Source: a virus. Taken from it: a stretch of DNA of 64,000 nucleotides. This document shows, piece after piece, positions 55,733 to 64,000 of this stretch. Within the stretch, counting starts at the first letter, position 1; each line of letters opens with the position of its first letter. Both the position numbers and the translations under genes were made by a program. Location of the stretch: the IMG/VR virus record IMGVR_UViG_3300022682_000016, positions 1 to 64,000 of that record; one strand, written 5' to 3'. Under the pieces are notes generated by a model, which had not been told where the DNA came from, made no database searches, and saw nothing but the letters and a program-made list of their open reading frames with translations.

Positions 55733-58018
55733 TTATGTCATAGCATTCCAAAGTGTAGATCCATCTTGATTTATATATAAGTATCCATTAGAGGGGCACC
55801 ACACCATTGCACCTATGGGAGCAGCTGTTGTTGGTGGTGATGATACCACAGGTATCTTCCAATAGGAATCAGAATTAGAGTTAAACGTACCAAAAACACA
55901 CGTTCTGTTTGCACTAGTAAAGCCCACATTAGAAGTAGCGAAATCGTGTGCAAACACTACATAATCATTATGGATAAGTGCTACTCTATCCCCTGTTAAA
56001 TCAATTCTTTCGTTAATATTATCGTTTACATATGCATATATATGAGTATCTTTACATACAACTCTACCAATAGTAGCACCAGCTGGATTTTTAGTGTATA
56101 AATCTATTTGTCTATCTACCATATTAAAATAAGTGTCAGAACTGACACTAATGTTTGAAGAGGTATTAGTAAGTGATAACGTCTGGAATCCATTAATATA
56201 TCCCCGTAACTCATTAGCGTACACCCCAAAAAAATTATTTATATCTTTGTATATTACAGTAAATAAGGAAGATACTCTAAATCTTAAATGGCCACTTAAA
56301 TATGCGGATATATATGAAGTTGTGGATTCTACGTAATTTCCTGAAGTACTTATGTCATACCCAACTTTAACATAACTACTTTTCATGTCAATAGCTAACT
56401 TTGAGTCAGTATAAGCACTTAGTTGATTATCAGCATTAGTAGCTTCCCAATACGTATTTGCGGAAGTATGTGTTCGTATATATGAGGACGTAGCTAATAT
56501 TCTTGGATAAGTAGAGGAATCAAAAGCTAAATAGGTACCACTTGTTAAAGCATAGAGTTTTAATTTTGAATCTACCACAACAAAAGTACTTAGAGAGTTA
56601 GATCCAAAATAAGTAGTGTCAATGTCATAACCTATACGTTGGTCAGTACTATTTACTTTAAATCTTTGTAAAGTTGACGCGGATCCTGTTTTAGAATACA
56701 TTGAAATTTCGTCACCAGTATTAATGGTTAAAAATGTGTATGCAGAGGTTAATAATTGAATAGTGGCAGAAGTTGTTTTTATATAAGGATAAGTTGACGT
56801 ATCAACACCTATATAAACATTGGCATTCGTTAAATTAATTCTAGTTTTACCAGCAAGAGATACTGTTGTTGAAATACCTAAATTCATATCTATGGCATGT
56901 TTAGTACCCGAATTAAGAATATCGGGGCCAATAGCAGCTTGTGATGCTGAAGATAATACAGTTGTATTTGATCCTACTTGAATCCTAGCACCTACAGAAC
57001 CTTTAACATCTAAATTATATGATGGCGTATTAGCTGCACTTGAATATGTCCAATTACCAATACCTGCAATTCTATTACCACTACCATCTACAAAACCATG
57101 AATAACAGTTTTCTCTTTTATAGAATTGGCAGCTGGAATAGTGGTTCCTGGGACATTATCAAAACTTCTTACATGTATATTGTCTGTGTCATAATTAACA
57201 GCAATCTTAAACTCTGTCCAAACCCCATTAAGAGCTATCTCACCACCATCAGATCCAAAGTCGTTAGATCTGGATATATTATAAGCATCGTCAGTAAGTT
57301 TTATAACCCAAGAATTATCGGATGTTTTATAAGCCGGTACTTTATTCCAAACAATGTATTCTGAACCATCAGCACTTGAGTAAAAAACATTAAACCTAGC
57401 TACAAGTTTAAGGTTTTGACCAGAGTCTGCATACGCAGGAACAACTGAAACTTCTTCCACAAGTTCTGATATAGTATCTGGAAGACTTGTTAATTTTAAA
57501 TACATTGTTGATTCATCGGAAGAACCGCCAAACTCTTCTGAAAGAACAGTGCCACCTGCAAATGCTAAGTTATCTGAAATAGACTCAGTACTACCCAAAG
57601 AAGCTTTAACCAATTGTTTTAAGTTTGGATCACTGATGTCCGTTCTATCAACAATAACAGCTGCTCTTTGAAAACTTCCCAAAGAACTGTCAGATGATGG
57701 TCTTGCTACAACACTATATAAAGTAGTTCCTAAATTACCAGAAGTTGTGCCATCTAAATTAAGACGTTCAAAATCGTATTCGCCCGGTCTTAGAGTAGCA
57801 TCTGCAATAGTTGCTGACACTTGAGCACCGTCTTCATCAACTACCCGTGTAGCTTTCGTAACAGTACCATATTGAAAAACAGCATTATCACCACCAGCAG
57901 TAGGGTCTGGTTTTATCTCAATACGACCTTCATATAGCAGAAGTTCTAAATCATTCTTAGGTAGATAGTTATCCGAATCTTGGACAACTACTGTATAATT
58001 TCTGTATAGGGTAGGCAT
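55733..58018 (-). CDS. Tail fibre-like protein
   Basis: Repetitive beta-rich S/T/Y segments; C-terminal P....GAMVW....GYLYI...W. Confidence 0.6.
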   Translation of the reverse strand: MPTLYRNYTVVVQDSDNYLPKNDLELLLYEGRIEIKPDPTAGGDNAVFQYGTVTKATRVVDEDGAQVSATIADATLRPGEYDFERLNLDGTTSGNLGTTLYSVVARPSSDSSLGSFQRAAVIVDRTDISDPNLKQLVKASLGSTESISDNLAFAGGTVLSEEFGGSSDESTMYLKLTSLPDTISELVEEVSVVPAYADSGQNLKLVARFNVFYSSADGSEYIVWNKVPAYKTSDNSWVIKLTDDAYNISRSNDFGSDGGEIALNGVWTEFKIAVNYDTDNIHVRSFDNVPGTTIPAANSIKEKTVIHGFVDGSGNRIAGIGNWTYSSAANTPSYNLDVKGSVGARIQVGSNTTVLSSASQAAIGPDILNSGTKHAIDMNLGISTTVSLAGKTRINLTNANVYIGVDTSTYPYIKTTSATIQLLTSAYTFLTINTGDEISMYSKTGSASTLQRFKVNSTDQRIGYDIDTTYFGSNSLSTFVVVDSKLKLYALTSGTYLAFDSSTYPRILATSSYIRTHTSANTYWEATNADNQLSAYTDSKLAIDMKSSYVKVGYDISTSGNYVESTTSYISAYLSGHLRFRVSSLFTVIYKDINNFFGVYANELRGYINGFQTLSLTNTSSNISVSSDTYFNMVDRQIDLYTKNPAGATIGRVVCKDTHIYAYVNDNINERIDLTGDRVALIHNDYVVFAHDFATSNVGFTSANRTCVFGTFNSNSDSYWKIPVVSSPPTTAAPIGAMVWCPSNGYLYINQDGSTLWNAMT

Positions 58019-58034
58019 AGCAACTACTCCTTAA

Positions 58035-59630
58035 TTAAATTCCGCCAGAAGAGGCTGTAAAGTTTGAAAGATTGGCTGCGCTGTATTCAAATAAAACATC
58101 ATATAACGAAGCGTATTGATTACTTAGAATAGTGGAGGGGTCACTTAAGTCTCCAGTAACAGTATTTACAACAAAAAAGGTATCTCTATCATAAGAAATT
58201 ACACCGTCTGTGCGTAGAATTATCTCAGCAATGTCAGAATGAGTAATATCCTCACCAATCTGTTTTCTAGCATATTGACGACCAAATGTTGTGGTACCTC
58301 CATTAAAATATGTAGATATGTTTTCAGAAACATTTTCTTGAACATCTGAAGCTGCGTATCCAAAAGCTGTTTGAATCTCGACAATAACTCTAATAGGAAT
58401 ATCTGCGGCTTTTCTAACAAGAACTGAAGGACCGATCATCTTTTCTTCAGTATCATCAAAAACACTTTGAAGCTTATATGGATTCCTATCATAGTTATAA
58501 AGAACTTTTAATTTACGCTGATAACTTGAAGTGTTTAAAGCCATCTTTATCCTAATCTTATCATTGGCTTTAGGAGATCCAGAAAATGTATTAGTATCCT
58601 GAACAATTGATACAACTGTATTGGTTCCATCAGGAACTACTTGTTCTTCAGTGCCTCCAAGTGTGTATATAAATATTGTCGGAGTTATTGTTGAAATCAT
58701 AGGTTGGTTCTTAGGTATGAAATCAAACTGTTCCTCATCAGCATTATTAGCCTCTCCGGGCCAATACATAGTCTCTTCTATAAGCTCTGTATCATTTGAT
58801 GAAAATTGTGTAAAGACGTCACACACCGATCCGATATAAACTGATTCATCATCAATATCCTCATCCAAAGCTATAGAATCATCTACATAAGATTCAGCTT
58901 CAGCAATTCTCTCAAAAGCAGCTTTGGATCCATTCACTCTTTGTGTCCACACATCCTGAGCACGGTTTATTAAATCTAAATCAGATTCTATGTCTGTACC
59001 TCCATTAATGGCTTGTTGATTAGAACAATATGAAAAGTTTGTTGGTTTAGGGGTAACAGTTGTTATTGATCCGGCAACTGCATTGGTACTGTATCCTGTG
59101 GACCCTGCTTGGATAGGTATTTTTACATAATACAGACCCAAACTTGAATTAAATGTTGGGACGACATCAGATACCGAACTTGTTGGGTAATAGCTAAGTC
59201 CAGATTTACTGATAAATTCTGTGCCGTTATTCCAAGATACCGGAGCGGCATCTGTTAAGAATACGGTAACATTTCCGGAAGAGGCAGTTCCTGAATTTCT
59301 AGTAATTCCCCAATCACTAACATAAGCGTCTAATCGAGCAGATAGTAAATCATCAACATCATCAATAGAATAGGGTGTCCCATCCTGTTTGAACCCTAAA
59401 ATAGATGCTAAAGAAGTCTTAAATGCTGTATCATTAATTACTGATATAAATTTTGTAAGGTTACGGGTACGGTCTTCTAACTCCAATAACACTTCATAAC
59501 GATAAAACTCATTTGAAGGAGCATCTACAACAACGTCATACTCTGTATCACCGGCAACTAACCTGACATCTGATCTAAGATCCAGAATGGAGTCTACTAT
59601 TTCTTGTTTTATACTGGCTAGGCTTCTCAT
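58035..59630 (-). CDS. Baseplate J / gp6-like protein
   Basis: GITRNSGTASSGNV, GSTGYSTNAVAGSIT, INGGTDIESD.L..R, IGEDI. Confidence 0.85.
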   Translation of the reverse strand: MRSLASIKQEIVDSILDLRSDVRLVAGDTEYDVVVDAPSNEFYRYEVLLELEDRTRNLTKFISVINDTAFKTSLASILGFKQDGTPYSIDDVDDLLSARLDAYVSDWGITRNSGTASSGNVTVFLTDAAPVSWNNGTEFISKSGLSYYPTSSVSDVVPTFNSSLGLYYVKIPIQAGSTGYSTNAVAGSITTVTPKPTNFSYCSNQQAINGGTDIESDLDLINRAQDVWTQRVNGSKAAFERIAEAESYVDDSIALDEDIDDESVYIGSVCDVFTQFSSNDTELIEETMYWPGEANNADEEQFDFIPKNQPMISTITPTIFIYTLGGTEEQVVPDGTNTVVSIVQDTNTFSGSPKANDKIRIKMALNTSSYQRKLKVLYNYDRNPYKLQSVFDDTEEKMIGPSVLVRKAADIPIRVIVEIQTAFGYAASDVQENVSENISTYFNGGTTTFGRQYARKQIGEDITHSDIAEIILRTDGVISYDRDTFFVVNTVTGDLSDPSTILSNQYASLYDVLFEYSAANLSNFTASSGGI

Positions 59631-59641
59631 TTAAAAATCTC

Positions 59642-60121
59642 CTACACTACCGAGATTGGGACATCGGTAGTAGACTGTGTTCGTATAGACATTTGAACCT
59701 TACTCTTGGTTGGATCACTAGGATCTTCTGTAACAACTAATTTACCCATAGTATTTATTAAGTCGTTACCTTCAAGATTCTGTTTTTCAGCCTGTTCATC
59801 TATTAGTAGTTTTTTTGCTAATATGGCCATACTAATATCCATAAATAAACTACCTCGTCGTACTAATATATCCTTCTCCCCAATTAAAGAGTATATATTA
59901 GTACCTAGTCCATTCGGTTGTTTTTCCGTAAATACATTCTTAAGTGTTGTCTGAACCACAGCATCTTGATCCCTAATAACTTTTAATTTACCATTACCAT
60001 CTAGATCCCAATCACAATAACGCCAATCTTCTGGATTAGATGTAGAATCCCCAAAAAGTATTTCTAAAGGATTCTGTCCTTCGTAGTTTACTAACTGAAA
60101 ATATTTTTTAGGTGATGCCAT
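59642..60121 (-). CDS. Baseplate wedge gp25/GpW-like protein
   Basis: Located before baseplate J; D..L...G.L..I..Q...GT.I..LIG pattern. Confidence 0.6.
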   Translation of the reverse strand: MASPKKYFQLVNYEGQNPLEILFGDSTSNPEDWRYCDWDLDGNGKLKVIRDQDAVVQTTLKNVFTEKQPNGLGTNIYSLIGEKDILVRRGSLFMDISMAILAKKLLIDEQAEKQNLEGNDLINTMGKLVVTEDPSDPTKSKVQMSIRTQSTTDVPISVV

Positions 60122-60130
60122 GTCTATGCC

Positions 60131-60748
60131 TTAGTTATAATTAATTGTTCCAGCAGCTGATCCAGTAAATGATGCTGTACCAACAACACCGGCAGCGGCG
60201 GGTACTGTAATAGTTCCAGATAAACCTGTTACAATATAAGGTTCCAAAATAGACCAAGAATCTTCAAAGCTGGTCGGTTTTGTATTTAACATATCTGTCT
60301 GACATAACGGACCTTGAGCAGCCATTGCCGGAAAAGTAACTACACCAGCACCACTTAAGGTTCCTATAGATGATGGATCCCATCCCGTTATGGTTGCTAC
60401 CGGTGCAGCTAACCATGTAGCTAACACTGAAAAGAAAAGTGGTATCCCGGCACCGGGTACTGTAGATCCTGTAGAAATAGAACTCAATAAAGAAGTTTTT
60501 AACACAGATGCGCTAAGGTATGTAATATCAACCGTACAGGATCCAGAATATGGTGAAGGAGGTGTTGGAGGTGTGATAACACCAGTAACTGTGCAGACTA
60601 TAGTCGCATTAGTATCTGTATCAGAAACATAGCTATAAATACTATTAGCCACAGCCTCATAGGCTGAGTCCTGCCATTGAGACGTTCCTAAAGAAGCCCA
60701 ATCAATGCTAGATAGTTCATTAACTATAGAATCTTTTAAATTACCCAT
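60131..60748 (-). CDS. Hypothetical structural protein
   Basis: Lies between the spike and gp25-like genes; EAVANSIYSYV motif. Confidence 0.6.
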   Translation of the reverse strand: MGNLKDSIVNELSSIDWASLGTSQWQDSAYEAVANSIYSYVSDTDTNATIVCTVTGVITPPTPPSPYSGSCTVDITYLSASVLKTSLLSSISTGSTVPGAGIPLFFSVLATWLAAPVATITGWDPSSIGTLSGAGVVTFPAMAAQGPLCQTDMLNTKPTSFEDSWSILEPYIVTGLSGTITVPAAAGVVGTASFTGSAAGTINYN

Positions 60749-60759
60749 TATTTGTTATA

Positions 60760-62334
60760 CTAACATCTCACTTTTGTGTTACCAACAGCCAAGGGCGCTC
60801 CGGTAAATAAACAATTAGGTAAATTTGCACATAATTGTTTATTGGGATTATCTCCTAATTCAACAGAAGCCCCAGATATAGACACTGTCCCACCTGCGGT
60901 CACATTAGCATCTCCATCAACTATAACATTAATATTACCAGTAAGTTTAAGATCTAAATTAGATTTAGAATCTAATTCTACAGAACCTTCCGGAGAAACT
61001 TTTAATTTAAAATTGTAATCAGAACTTGAACCTCCACCAGCTTTTATATACGTCTCAACAGTACCATCTGGAGAAACTTTATTGTCATAAGTAGCTGTTC
61101 CTGCAGAGGTGTCCTCATTTATTCTGAGTCTTGCAGTTCCGTCTGATAAATATTCTCTATGTACCCAGTTTTTAGTATTTACAGAACCGTCTGAAAGAAG
61201 CATCGTGGTCTTTATCTTAAAGTCATCGTTACCACCAACAAATGTAAGATTGTCTCCCACAATACGTCTATTAACGTGTCTGGGTATGAATTCTTTTAAA
61301 TCACCAGAATCAGTAATAGTATTTACATATCCATAAGTAGTTTCTGTTGGGCCTATAATTGTTTGGGCACGATCCTGCTTTACAGAGTAAGTTGTTCCAG
61401 ACTCTGTCTGCCCATCTGAATTTTCTGAATATTTACGAATAACTACTGGTACAAATTTCCATTTGTCAAATCTTGGGAGTAATCCCCTACTAACAGTTCT
61501 GTTAGGATCTTTATCTCCTGCAATTTTAAATTGCTTTACCCGCTGTTGGTATTGAACAAGATTTAATGCTTGGGGAGCAAACGGTTCTTCCTGGTTAGCT
61601 AAATTTGACTCGTCACTTTGGACATCATCATAATAAGAGTCCTGTTCAGAAATAGTTGTGAGGTCTGATACATCATTTTGACCACTATCTATACGACCCA
61701 TAGTTGTTAAAAATTCATGTTCCGGATTTCGTGATAATGATACTATTCGACCAAACTTATCAAAAAAGGTTTCTCCACCGGGGTACTGAATAATCCTACC
61801 CGTGTCTTCATTTAATGTACTTTCAGATTGTGAAGATTTATCATATTGATTATCTGCAAAGGGGTAGTCACCTAATGCTCCTGGTGAGTTTGCCATTGCA
61901 CTTCTTATAATACGTTCACCGCTATCTAACAAGTGAGATTTACTAAACAACTGCTTATTATATGTGTCAATAGTACACCCATCCAATATAACTGGGATTT
62001 GAACATTTAATCTATTCATCCAAGCAATAACTACTCTATCACCCCAATTTAGGCATCGTTGACTCTGAGCAGCAAAACCAAAATCTGTTATATGATATAC
62101 CGAATCTAAACCAATACCTCGATCAAGTTCTACAGTGTATGTACCATCCCAAATATTTTGCCCCTTATTGCCTTCAGGACCATTAACTTCAGCTGCACCT
62201 AAATCTTCTGTTAGTCCATCTACAGCAATAAAGTTCCTACCTCTAATAGTGCCTTCTTCTAAAGTTATGTTATTAGGCATTATAACATTGCTAAAAGCTT
62301 CTGAAGCACTAAACATTTGGAGAAGCCTCCTCAA
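60760..62334 (-). CDS. Baseplate central spike (GpV/gp5-like)
   Basis: N-terminal OB-like WGDRVVIAW, C-terminal beta-helix repeats and a CLFTGAP tip. Confidence 0.65.
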   Translation of the reverse strand: MRRLLQMFSASEAFSNVIMPNNITLEEGTIRGRNFIAVDGLTEDLGAAEVNGPEGNKGQNIWDGTYTVELDRGIGLDSVYHITDFGFAAQSQRCLNWGDRVVIAWMNRLNVQIPVILDGCTIDTYNKQLFSKSHLLDSGERIIRSAMANSPGALGDYPFADNQYDKSSQSESTLNEDTGRIIQYPGGETFFDKFGRIVSLSRNPEHEFLTTMGRIDSGQNDVSDLTTISEQDSYYDDVQSDESNLANQEEPFAPQALNLVQYQQRVKQFKIAGDKDPNRTVSRGLLPRFDKWKFVPVVIRKYSENSDGQTESGTTYSVKQDRAQTIIGPTETTYGYVNTITDSGDLKEFIPRHVNRRIVGDNLTFVGGNDDFKIKTTMLLSDGSVNTKNWVHREYLSDGTARLRINEDTSAGTATYDNKVSPDGTVETYIKAGGGSSSDYNFKLKVSPEGSVELDSKSNLDLKLTGNINVIVDGDANVTAGGTVSISGASVELGDNPNKQLCANLPNCLFTGAPLAVGNTKVRC

Positions 62335-64000
62335 GAATATCGTTGCTTTTTATCTCACCCTGACTATTTACAGGATTTATGGTATTAAAAGAAGCAATCC
62401 CATTTTCAAACCCGAAAGCACTTGGTTCTGCAAATATGGCTGTCCATGGCATTTCTAATGTTTTATGCATCGGATGCCCATAGGAAAGATTTAATGTAGT
62501 GCTATGAATACTTCCCTGTGACCATGAATTAGTAATACCCATAATCATGTAGGACTTCATTCGTAACGGATTTATAAATGTGCGGCCAACTTGTAGTTCA
62601 GGTCTGTGATTTAGTTGAATTGTCCCACTGTCTGCTTGAGAATTTACACGTTCCCTAACAGCTGCTGACTGATAAGATAATACCCTAGCTCCAACTACAT
62701 TATTAGGCCACCGCACATTATAGATGTTTTGGGTTTGGTATCTTCTAACACCTAATTTTGCCAATGTATCAAAATCTGCCACAGATACGCCGTGCATAGC
62801 TGCTGTTGAGAATAAGAGATTATCACTAGATTTTTCTAAATATGGAAATACAGCATCTGTAGCAGTTATAGTTACTAACGGAGCCTCATCAATAGAAGTA
62901 TTAAAACTTATAAAATCATCATGCGTTAATATATAATTTTTACCATGAAATAGTACCGTATTCCAAACATAATCCGGTCCATCAGATAATGAATCAAGGT
63001 TAATAACTTCTTTCGGTTCTACAGTAGCATTTTTAAAATCTTTTAAAGGATCTATTGACGAGTTTATGGTTTCTTTACCAACAATAACTTCAGCACCAGG
63101 TATTAGATGATAGGTGTTTCTTCCATTTCTAGTAACAGGTTTAAATACTGCTGTATTATTTGGATAGTTATTTAATTTTTTTAATTCTTCCACACTCGTT
63201 TTTCTAACACCATTATTATTGGCAAATCCATACAAAGTTGGAATTGGGGGACCACTTACAAAAGCAGTTATGTTTCTAGGGGGTGTTTTATCATTCTTTG
63301 GCGGTTGCCTATGTCGTATAGCTGTAGCAGTACTCCTACCACCATATTTTTCTAAGTTAGGGAAAGCGTTGTATTTTGGAAGTTCTATGATCATATTTCC
63401 ATTAGCATCGAAATATTTATAAGCAAACATCTTTGCTACTATATCTGAAATAATCTCATCTGCTGATTTTAGAGAATCCTTATAAAGGGATAGTCCCTTT
63501 GATAAAAGTTTATGTATAAAAATATTATCAAATTCCCTTATAAGAGGATCTACAAAAATCTTCTTTTGCCCTCTGTCAGACTTTGTTGAAGATTTGTCAT
63601 ACATATAACTTCTAGTCTCTAACCCATATGGTTTAATAAAGTTTTCGGGATTCATATTTTCTACAGAGTCTATATACTGAAACGAATCTATGTCAAAGTC
63701 TCCACCAGCATATTGAGTAGATCCCCTTCTGCTTGAAATACCGTTATAGGTGTACACTTTAGAAGTATCAAATCTAAAAGCCTCGACACCTACAGTATCT
63801 CCAAATTTTTCTAATGTCCAAAGTTCTTGTGCAGTCCTTACTATCTCAAGTATTATATCCACTACACTTTTAAATTTTTCAGCACCAAATATATTTTGAA
63901 ATGCAGCATTTTTTGCAGATTGTAAGTTAGCCTCAGTTGAATACACAAATTCTCTTAGAGGAGATGCTGCCTCTTGACTAGAAAATCTATTCCAACCACT
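62309..64000 (-). CDS. Baseplate hub-like protein with a LysM-like segment (5' end lies beyond the window)
   Basis: RPELQVGR, YMIMGITNSW, STTLNLSYG; LysM-like TLYGFA..TSVEELKKLN. The frame stays open to the window edge. Confidence 0.6.
   Translation of the reverse strand, partial: SGWNRFSSQEAASPLREFVYSTEANLQSAKNAAFQNIFGAEKFKSVVDIILEIVRTAQELWTLEKFGDTVGVEAFRFDTSKVYTYNGISSRRGSTQYAGGDFDIDSFQYIDSVENMNPENFIKPYGLETRSYMYDKSSTKSDRGQKKIFVDPLIREFDNIFIHKLLSKGLSLYKDSLKSADEIISDIVAKMFAYKYFDANGNMIIELPKYNAFPNLEKYGGRSTATAIRHRQPPKNDKTPPRNITAFVSGPPIPTLYGFANNNGVRKTSVEELKKLNNYPNNTAVFKPVTRNGRNTYHLIPGAEVIVGKETINSSIDPLKDFKNATVEPKEVINLDSLSDGPDYVWNTVLFHGKNYILTHDDFISFNTSIDEAPLVTITATDAVFPYLEKSSDNLLFSTAAMHGVSVADFDTLAKLGVRRYQTQNIYNVRWPNNVVGARVLSYQSAAVRERVNSQADSGTIQLNHRPELQVGRTFINPLRMKSYMIMGITNSWSQGSIHSTTLNLSYGHPMHKTLEMPWTAIFAEPSAFGFENGIASFNTINPVNSQGEIKSNDILEEASPNV

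Noticed and set aside
1-64000. CRISPR array, DGR/retron reverse transcriptase, or rRNA
   Set aside because: I saw no regularly spaced repeat-spacer units, RT motifs or rRNA-like sequence. The tandem repeats found are Ser-linker codons.

Overview
This is a 64-kb segment of a large, AT-rich (jumbo-type) myovirus genome read in the standard genetic code. It uses sigma70-like promoters and Shine-Dalgarno (SD) sites. A T9SS-type C-terminal sorting domain points to an FCB-superphylum host, probably outside Bacteroidota. From left to right the window holds four blocks. (1) A minus-strand tRNA array (Val, Arg, Tyr, Asp and a Gly-like pseudogene) behind an elaborate leader. (2) An accessory region with acyl carrier protein, a UvsW-like helicase, two IS607/TnpB elements, an IS-split Apyc1-like anti-Pycsar gene, patatin, an RRM protein, a candidate sRNA, a holin-like gene and an HsdS fragment. 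(3) A replication, recombination and expression block: DnaC-like, DnaB, Hel308-like helicase, primase, SSB-like, RecA, DnaX, DnaN, UDG-PolA fusion, IF-1, SbcCD, NusG-like and a 5'-3' exonuclease. (4) A convergent tail/baseplate block with a 2554-aa Ser-linker fibre. The top candidate for an undescribed system is an unannotated 51-codon leader peptide (1248-1403, minus strand). It contains all 20 amino acids and 39 distinct codons, and its stop codon abuts an antiterminator/terminator switch directly upstream of the tRNAs. This looks like a general translation-stress attenuator that switches on phage tRNAs. Other highlights are a LAGLIDADG endonuclease nested in the IS607 tnpA that is itself nested in apyc1, a small RNA with an anti-SD loop, and a tail domain split across two genes. 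All family calls come from motif recognition by eye; no database searches were run.
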